From Octopus bimaculoides (taxonomy: Eukaryota), in NCBI RefSeq assembly GCF_001194135.2, contig NC_068982.1, forward strand, positions 166,128,017 through 166,186,347: a stretch of 58,331 nt of DNA, read 5' to 3'. Below the pieces are notes generated by a model. The model had not been told where the DNA came from, ran no database searches, and saw only the letters and a program-made list of their open reading frames with translations. Made by a program: the position numbers and the translations under genes. Shown piece after piece: positions 49,438 through 58,331 of this stretch (positions within the stretch are counted from its first letter, which is position 1; each line of letters begins with the position of its first letter).

Positions 49438-50319
49438 GAGGAGGTACCCAAAAGTAACCGGAAACGTTCTCTGTGGGATAAGCTCGGTGTACTTCAGGCT
49501 TCCGCCGCTAGAAGCTACTTGATGCGACCCTCGGGCATCAGTCTGACGACCGGCGTCAATAAGTAAAATCGTATTGCCATGTGGGGCGTCTTTATTTTGC
49601 AGTGCTTCTACTCTGTTCATCGATTTTTGCGATGGCTGAAACGAAGGAACAGCATGCTTCCGTGAAATTCTGTTTTCTGCTAGGGAAAACACCGGCCGAA
49701 ACAGTTGTCATGCTTCAAACATGAGCACAACAGAAGTTTACTAGTGGTTTTTTCGCTTTAGGAACGATCACTTATCGCTGAGGACCAACCTCGTTCAGAG
49801 CGACCGTCAACCTCCCGAACAAATGAAAAGATCATGAAAATTTATGAACTGATCATGGAGGACGGTCATTGATCAATTGACGAACTTGTTGATTATGGCT
49901 GGTGTGTCCTGATGCTCCTTCAACGATTTTGAGCGAGGAATTGTGAATGAAATGAGTTGCAGCAAAATTTGTGCCTCGTTTGCTCACAGAAGATCAAAAG
50001 CAGTCACGACTGAATGCATATTGTGAACTGAAAGAACAGTTGGAAGCTCTTCCAGACCTTTTTCAAAGGTCAACGCTGGTGACGAAAGGTGGTGCTTTGG
50101 AATTTGTAGATTTTGAAGAGATGAAGAAAAAACGATGGAAGCGTTGAAAAGCATCACTTCGCAGGAGTTCCAGGACTGCTTCAAATAGTGGAAAATTCGT
50201 CTGGACCGATGCATTGCTTCAAACGGAGAATACTTTGAAGGTGATAAAAGTGTAAACGTGTAAAACTAAGTGAATAAAATGATATTGCAAAATTCCGGTT
50301 TCTTTTAGGCACCCCGTCA
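49437..50319 (+). mobile_element. Internally deleted mariner (DD34D-type, irritans-like) transposon
   Basis: Imperfect ~28-bp TIRs (cgaggaggtacccaaaagtaaccggaa / attccggtttcttttaggcaccccgtca) with TA flanks; VKFCFLLGK, VAAKFVPRLLT, AGDERW, RCIASNGEYFEGD. Confidence 0.9.
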
Positions 50320-50645
50320 TATATTCTTCAAGTAGCCGCAAGCAAGATGCTATGCCGGAAATCTCTGTCTTCCATTACCTTTGATAGACACTCAATGTTC
50401 TGTGCCTCTTCAAAATCATCAATGTAGTTAAGTAATCTTTGACTTATAGATTACGAAAGTCGCCAAAATATGACATTTGCTCTGGATTTTTAATCAACAC
50501 GAAAACTGTATATACAAGTATAATGATCATGGAGTGTGACGAATTGAAAAGTATAAAGTTCAAGTGCAATTTATGGCGTTCAAAGATTCAAATTACAAGC
50601 TCTATATTCTTCTAGCCCTGTTCTTCTTTCTACTCTACGGATGCG

Positions 50646-50677
<32 letters not shown>

Positions 50678-50743
50678 GTGTGTGTGTGTAAGCGATTATC
50701 ACACATGTATTTTTTATAAGCTAGTCACCATAGTTTAGTGGAA

Positions 50744-50840
50744 GGGAGAGAGAGGGCCGAGGGGAGAGAGAGGGCTGGGGGAGGGAGAGGGCTGGGGAGA
50801 GAGAGAAGGCTGGGGGAGAGAGAGGGCTGGGGGGAGAGAG
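50744..50840. repeat. G-rich ~17-bp minisatellite (GGGGGAGAGAGAGGGCT)
   Basis: About six degenerate units are visible. Confidence 0.88.
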
Positions 50841-51214
50841 ATTCATGTCGTTCTCAAGAATATTTTGTGGGGAGTGAAAAACTATGTTGTTATTTCGATA
50901 TGCTTGATGCTTGCTTGATTTAAAATCGTAGGCAGAAGTAAATATTTCAAAGTCATACATTAGTCAGTATTTTGCAAGTATTTCATTAAAATATTTATAA
51001 ACTTAATACAGCATCTTATGCGTCTGCTTTAAGCGAATATTATACTTTGTCTTTAACATATTGAATGCGAAATAATGAAGCTGACTCAGTATTTCATAGC
51101 AATCAGGAATATTGATTTACTGAAATCAAGTATCACAATGCATTTATTCCTATTCTCTAACACTACTCACCTATTATAAATTATTACAATTACGTTATTT
51201 GAATAAAGTTACCT

Positions 51215-51290
51215 GAAGAAAATCTGCGTTTTCAGGGCTAGAAAATTCTTCGGTGCTGATCAGCTATTCACCCTCTACAAGGCGCAAGTA
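51215..51290 (+). mobile_element. Short CR1/L2-group LINE fragment
   Basis: RARKFFGADQLFTLYKAQV, the same motif class as 36975-37260. Confidence 0.45.
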
Positions 51291-51486
51291 AAATATATAC
51301 TGTTCCAACAGTGAATGGACAGCGATTTTGATATACGTTGTCAGATTGAAGACCTTAAAATGAACGGAGTTCTGCGTTCAACAAATAACACAGCACCTTC
51401 GGAAAGTTTCTTTGATCTTAGTCTCAGGCTGACGAATGCCTTGTAAGTGGACTTTTGTAGAAGCACACACTGTTCAGAAGTCCATC

Positions 51487-51601
<115 letters not shown>

Positions 51602-53203
51602 CAACACCACTATAGAGGTTATTAATTGATTTAGTTGAGGCACCGGTCTGTTAATCTAGAGTTTGCTGCTGTTGTCTGGTCGTAAGCAAGGGTAGTAATT
51701 TCTTATATGAGGAACCAACAGCCCGTAGAAGAAACTCCGGAATGAAAAGCCACTGAACTGACATAAATAAACTCTATAGGCGTTCGATTTTCTGTACCAC
51801 TGTAAAATGGTGTATCGATGTGTGTCACTTAGGCATTTGATACAGGTGGATAAAAAGAAACCAGATTGAAATAAGTTCTATAGTCAATGTAATAATTTCT
51901 GTAGTCGATGTTCGAGTGAAACATTTGAATGTGATACCCCAGCCTGGCCGCAGTCCAATGAGTTAAACCAGTAAAAGAATAGAAACTTAAAATAATTTTA
52001 TTCATTGTGGAGGCTGTCGCACATGGTTAAGAATGTACGTCATAACTTTCTATTTTTATTCTCTTCGACTAGCGTAAGAAACAATATCATAAGTTATAAG
52101 ATATTTTGAATTTTTCAAGATATTTTGAAACTCTATATAACTATCTTTTAGACTTTTCTGTTATTTCGGTTTTTTTGTTGTTGTTGTTTTTTTTTTACTT
52201 CGTGTTTTTCTTGTTTTTTTTTTTGTTCTTTCTTTCCATTTTTATCAACATTGTTACTTTTGATTAATATAAAAGAAATATAGGAAAGAAACGTAGGAAA
52301 AACAACAACAAGAAAAATCAAGAGAGAACAAGATAACAGCATTACGGTTTCTATTTACCTAAAGAGTGTTCTATTTGAATTGTGTCCGTCTACATGATAT
52401 TGGTTTGGTTGTCTCAGAATCGATTGAAAGTCACTCAGTACGGTCTGATCTGCATAAACATAATCACTTGGAGATTTTTTTCAATAGGAAAATATGTTCA
52501 CTCTCTTCCTTTCTATTTTTCCTTCTATGTTTTCTCATAACTTATCCATCCATTCATATAACTATTATATTTATATCGTTACATCTAACATCAATATGTA
52601 TATATTGTTTTATATTCAATATATTATGTTTGTGTATGAGTGAATTTACTTTGTAAAAGTTGCTGCTTACAGGAACAAAATACAGTACTCAATGCATATG
52701 TAGAGTGAAATATATATATAGTATTATAATCCCTTTCGGATACAACATTATGACTTCAAATTTTTTATTTGGTTAAAAACTAAATATCCATGAGACAGAA
52801 AAAGTAAACGTACTTAAAGAGATTTTGGTATTATATATATTGGGTCAAAATGGGAAAGATACAACTTGTAAACATTTGTAGAGGTGAGTTATTTCTTTTT
52901 GATAGTTTGGAATCGGAGTTGAGAAAGAAGAAATAACTGTAAACAAAGAGATTAACAATGATATAATTTTTTTTAAATATCAGACACAAAAAAACTTAGA
53001 CACGATAAAACAACCAAACTGTTTACTTGCACCGAATTATTTCCCTTGCAATATCTTTGGTTCAGGATTCAATACAGGAAGTTGCTTTCATATGTCCTGA
53101 ATTTCTTTGAGGAAACGATATCCTTTTTCTCCTGAATTACTAGTCAGTTAGTCTTTAATTAAATATGAAATTGGTAGTAGTGTTCTTTTACATACACTAA
53201 GAT

Positions 53204-53530
53204 TGTGGCTGTGTGGTAAGAATCTTGCTTCCCAACCTCATGATTCCGGGTCCAGTCCCACAGCGTGGTCTACTACAAAAGCTTCGGGCCGATAAAGGCT
53301 TGGTGAGTGGATTTGGTAGGCGGAAACTGAAAGAAGCTCGTCGCATGTGTCTTTGTGTCAGTATTTGTCCTCAGCCACCGCTTGAGCACCGGTGTTGGAC
53401 ATGTTAATATACCTGTAAGTTAGCGGTTCAGCAAAAATGACCGATAGAATAAATATTAGGCGTTAAAAAATACGTCCTGCAATCGATTTGTTCGACTAAA
53501 ACCCTTCAAAGCGGTTCCCCCAGTATGCCA
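53204..53530 (+). mobile_element. SINE family A
   Basis: gtggctgtgtggtaag head through tcgatttgttcgactaaa tail. Confidence 0.88.
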
Positions 53531-54091
53531 GGGACTAGTATCCTATCTAAGCACAAATTGTTATTTGCTAAATGCTAAAGAAAGTTCAGTTATGTTAAGC
53601 CATAGTGTATAAAGACGATTTTTTTTAGTTGTTCATCTACAAGCCGGTGGAGGATAGCATTCTGTATATAACAATGCAGACGCCCATATTAATTGTAACA
53701 ATCAATATATTGATATCTTTTGACAAGTCAAGAGACTAATTTTTGTACTAATGGATATAGTCGATTAAATCAACTCCATAGCATTTAGTTTGTGTGACAT
53801 TTTGTCTGACACTTTACTGTTTCTACTAATTTTACTACCCCTGCTACTATGTGAAGCGTTGTTTATAAAGAATGTTTTGTTTTTACAAATTCAATTAACA
53901 TGACGTTAGTGGTATACAGCTGCAAGCAATTCTTTGCATCTAGACCTTTGTTTCCAACCTATATTTATTTGTGTGTGTATGTGTGTGTGTATGTGTGTAT
54001 GTCTGTGTATATTATGTATGTATGTATGTATGTATGTATGTATGTGTGTATGTATGTATGTAAAGTCAGGAAGTATGAGAGGTGAATATAT

Positions 54092-54406
54092 AAGGATTAC
54101 GGCCGTTCCGTAGCCTTCATGTAATTGTAATTTCAGTGTATTATAAATTATCTTTACATGTCTGCACTAGTATGCTTGCTACGCTTTATACAATACAATT
54201 GTATAATCACAGCATACTCAAAACATCATTGGTGCAACCATGATGTTTTGGTGATCTGATGAGCTAGCTTTCTTTATTTGCATTGATTTGTGAGTATACA
54301 ATTATATTGTATATGCATAGTATGCATATAAGTGCAAGCATGTAAATATAATGTATTATACACTGAAATTATTACATGAAGAAGGATACGAAACCGTCAT
54401 AATCTT
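54092..54406. mobile_element. Decayed MITE or fold-back element with ~120-bp imperfect TIRs
   Basis: 54092-54210 is approximately the reverse complement of 54287-54406; inner perfect 10-bp hairpin AAAACATCAT/ATGATGTTTT. Confidence 0.7.
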
Positions 54407-54624
54407 CAGGATAGCAAGTGGTTAAATATATATATTCATTTTCATACCTCCTGACTTTTTTATGGTTTTTATTATTTTCATTAAATAATTTCATCGATCG
54501 GATCTCTTGGGTTTGAGATGCATAACACTCTGGATTATACTCCTCTGCATTAGATTACTATGTAGACAATTAACCGAGTTCGCTAGAGGAGCTTTCTGTG
54601 ATATCCACACGATTCTATGAACCC

Positions 54625-54675
<51 letters not shown>

Positions 54676-54685
54676 NNNNNNNNNN

Positions 54686-54718
<33 letters not shown>

Positions 54719-54720
<2 letters not shown>

Positions 54721-55767
54721 GGGGTAAACAATTACATAGTCTTATTGATTTCCGATGCACCTCTTCCAGCGGTCCACAAGCTTGCTTATTCCATCGGAGA
54801 AAAGGGATTTTCGGTTTGTTGCGCAGCTATTTTTGCACCGTTTCCTGCACTTCTTCGTCAGTAGTAAATTGATGACCTCGTAATAGTTGTTTGAGCAATC
54901 GGAAGAGGTGATAGTTGGAAGGGGCGAAATGTGAACTATATGCAGGGTGTTCCAGCAACTCGAAACCAAATTCTTCAATGGTTTCAGCTGTGTTTGTGGC
55001 CGTAGGTACACAGACCGTTGTGTGCGAATTGCTGGTTTAAGTTTGTTGGCCAACAATTCACTGTAAACTACACTAGTGATTGTACACCCCTTTTCTATGT
55101 AATGTTCCAGTATAGGCCCTTTTGCATCCAGAAATGTAATTAACATCACTTTTTCTTGAGTCTTGAATTTCTTTTTGGCTGACGATTCCGGATATTTCCA
55201 CTTCATACCTTGTCTTTTGGATTCTGGCTCAAAGTCAGGTCTCACTTCATCACTGTAGCGGCCAAATAAACATTTACAGATCTCCACACGACTGCGCTTA
55301 TGTACTTCAATAAACTCTCTTGGCACCCACCTCGCTTAGACTTTACGGAAGCAGAACCATAATTATTCCACAGAGAACATATCATCTCATTGCTTGTAAC
55401 TCGTTGATTCGCCAGAACCATCTCTTGAGCTTGTCGAATTCTTAAGTCAGAATTGGAGATTAATGGGCGTACGGTTATTCGGCTATTTTGAAACTTCTCG
55501 ATTCACCCATACACACCTCTACTCGGTAGATCACTACCGTGTTGTACTGAAAGTCTGCAGAGAAGTTCATCCCCTTGACATATCTTCTAACCAGAGAAAT
55601 TGGAACACTGATCTCTTTTCTTCCATGGTACACACAAGAAAGACAACTGAAGCGATCATGGTGAAGCCTCGGTTACGCAACCAGTTTTTAGCACGCGGGC
55701 GCGGAAGACAGTACGGCCAACCTAAACAAAGTATTGGCGAAAGTGCGAATAATTTTTGATTTCCCTG
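54719..55767 (-). mobile_element. Degraded mariner (DD34D-type) transposon
   Basis: ARWVPR, FEPESKRQGMKW, HPAYSSHFAPSNYHLF (cf. HPPYSPDLAPSDYHLF); 5' TIR cagggaaatcaaaaattattcgcactt after TA; 3' TIR partly deleted. Confidence 0.9.
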
Positions 55768-55830
55768 TATATGTGTGAGCGTGTGTAAAGACATATATAT
55801 ATATATTACACACATATACACACACACACA

Positions 55831-56162
<332 letters not shown>

Positions 56163-56626
56163 TAATTATTGCCGTTTTGTCTTGTGATACTATCAGTCAT
56201 TTCGAATCTACATCTTTCACAGAACTTCCCTTTAAATAATACTGACACGCTAAAGTTTGCAATATTTCTGCTACAATGTACTGAAGGGAGAGTTGTATCC
56301 TTGTTTGTATTTTTCAGTATCCTTTACGTTTTACTAGTTCTCTGTGCTCGAATTTTCTCTCCATCTCTTTCCCTCTCTCTTTCTGTCTCTCTCTCTCTCT
56401 CTGTATACTCTCGTCTGTGTGTGTGTGTAACGACAGCGTCAGTAGTGAAAAGAACCTTATAGCTAGAACGCAAAAACTCAGCAGTCAATGAAAATATGTA
56501 TGGATGGATAGAATTATGGATGCATGCATGGTTGGATAAAAGGATGTAGATAGTCAGTCAGTCAATAAGTTAGTTATGTATGTATGTATGTATGTATGTA
56601 TGTATGTATGTATGTATGTATGTGAG

Positions 56627-56902
56627 TGGAGGCTCAATGGCCCAGCGGTTAGAGCAGCGAACTCGCGGTCATAGGATCGCGGTTTCGATTTCCAGACCGG
56701 GCGTTGTGAGTGTTTATTGAGCGAAAACACCTAAAGCTCCACGAGGCTCCGGCAGGGGATGGTGGCGAACCCTGCTGTACTCTTTCACCACAACTTTCTC
56801 TCACTCTTACTTCCTGTTTCTGTTGTGCCTGTAATTCAAAGGGTCAGCCTTGTCACACTGTGTCACGCTGAATATCCCCGAGAACTACGTTAAGGGCACA
56901 CG
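56627..56902 (+). mobile_element. SINE family D, low divergence, 3' end lost in gap
   Basis: TGGCCCAGCGGTTAG A-box and GGTTTCGATTTCC B-box-like head; body matches the 47463 copy. Confidence 0.9.
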
Positions 56903-57141
56903 NNNNNNNNNNNNNNNNNNNNNNNNNNNNNNNNNNNNNNNNNNNNNNNNNNNNNNNNNNNNNNNNNNNNNNNNNNNNNNNNNNNNNNNNNNNNNNNNNN
57001 NNNNNNNNNNNNNNNNNNNNNNNNNNNNNNNNNNNNNNNNNNNNNNNNNNNNNNNNNNNNNNNNNNNNNNNNNNNNNNNNNNNNNNNNNNNNNNNNNNNN
57101 NNNNNNNNNNNNNNNNNNNNNNNNNNNNNNNNNNNNNNNNN

Positions 57142-57487
57142 GGAAAGTTTTACATATCTTTACAGTTCCATTGATGGCTTGAATCTGTAGTCTTCTAATC
57201 AGCCTTTTTCTTTCAGGTTTTGAGAACCCTAATTTTTCCAGGTTTTTGTTGAGGCAGTTCGTTACATATCCCAATGCCCCAACAATCACGGGTATGAATC
57301 TGAACTTGTAGTCTGGGTGGAGTATCTGTAAATTTCTCAGTAGCTCGGCGTAGTTGTTCTCTTTTTCTCTAATCTTTAGTGGGATGTTGACATCCGCAGG
57401 ACAGCTGATTTCTACTACTGTACAGAGTTTCTCTTCTCTGTCTCAGATTACTATATCCGGTCTATTATGTCTGCACTTTATTGAGGT
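57142..57487 (-). mobile_element. 5'-truncated R4/Dong-like LINE, RLE domain only
   Basis: KCRHNRPDIVI*DREEKLCTVVEISCPADVNI...VIVGALG...LIRRLQIQAINGTVKICKTF, the same family as 15235-16340. Confidence 0.87.
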
Positions 57488-58271
57488 ATGTATGTATGTA
57501 TAATATACACATATAACTGTGTCAAAAGCGGCAACATGTATCATGCTTTCAGTAATTTCTTCAGGTGTCTATGTAGTTATTGGCAAATGTAGGCATAATC
57601 TCAGCCCTCTCATCCACTCATGGAATGTGAGAGCTGAAGAAATAGAGGGTTACACATGCATTGCGTTAGTACTCATTTTCAGCTGCGTAGACTTGAGAAA
57701 CTTAAAATAAAGCACCTTGGAACAAAAGTACTTAGGGTGGGGAAATATTTTTCAACGATGAGAAAATATTTAAACTAAAATTTGAAAAGGAGAAAAAAGA
57801 TGTTTGAATTCGATAAAGAAAAAACGTCAAAGAAATCGGTAACAATTACACAACTATGGTAAAAGGCCGAAAAAAATTGGTGAAGCGTCTAGAAGATGAT
57901 GAGAAAATGTTAAAATCCACGAAGGAGAAAAAATAACAGTAATGCAGAAGGTGAAAAGCCAGACGTAGCATTGAAAAAATGAAAGAAAGTGGCAGAGAAA
58001 ACTATAAGATTTTGAGGATTTTTTGCTTTTTTCAAAAAAAATAAATAATTAACAAAGTGAGTGAAGCAGCAAGAGAAAATAGTGTGCGTTGTTAGAAAGC
58101 TAAAGAATAACGGTTGAGTAGACGGGACAGGTGGAAGGGACACAGGAACAGTGTGATTCAACGCTGTCAACCAATAGAAGAGCTGGAGTGTAGAAGACTG
58201 ATGTGTGAGCATTGGAAAATCGGAAGCCAGTTTTCCAGATATAAATCAAATTGGGTGGGGGGGTGCATGCG

Positions 58272-58331
<60 letters not shown>

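Noticed and set aside
54369-54403. Hammerhead-like ATGAAGA...GAAACCGTC
   Set aside because: The core is mutated, stem II and stem III are too short, and the segment is explained as one arm of the 54092-54406 inverted repeat.
54742-55326. Intact 194-aa transposase gene
   Set aside because: It is part of a mariner relic with stops upstream, deletions removing the first two catalytic Asp regions, and a frameshifted C-terminus.

Overview
AT-rich, microsatellite-saturated animal genomic DNA from a gapped short-read scaffold (21 N-runs, most bordered by simple repeats). The repeat content points to an octopus or other coleoid cephalopod; this is an inference, as no database search was run. I cannot support any intact host protein-coding gene, tRNA, rRNA or CRISPR array. 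Nearly all long ORFs in the track are translations of microsatellites or N-runs. The window is dominated by decayed mobile elements. (1) About 25 tRNA-derived SINE copies from several modular families, labelled A-E and G here for convenience. (2) Five Tc1/mariner relics of three catalytic classes (mariner DD34D type x2, DD37D x2, DD41D x1). (3) LINE fragments: two R4/Dong-like RLE 3' ends, plus RTE and CR1/L2-group pieces. (4) Penelope-like element (PLE) remnants. (5) Several MITE or fold-back elements. The most notable signals are: a well-formed minus-strand type I hammerhead ribozyme (17530-17644) and a second decayed one inside a direct-repeat unit (20130-20174); two R4/Dong-like LINE copies that both abut (CATA)n, suggesting microsatellite targeting; a 128-bp near-perfect inverted repeat (37871-38145); TTAA-flanked and CACTA-ended MITEs; a single-copy SINE with a tRNA-Gln-like head; and a stop-flanked lone C2H2 zinc finger. 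These are interesting mobile-element features, but I see no convincing evidence of a wholly new multi-gene system.
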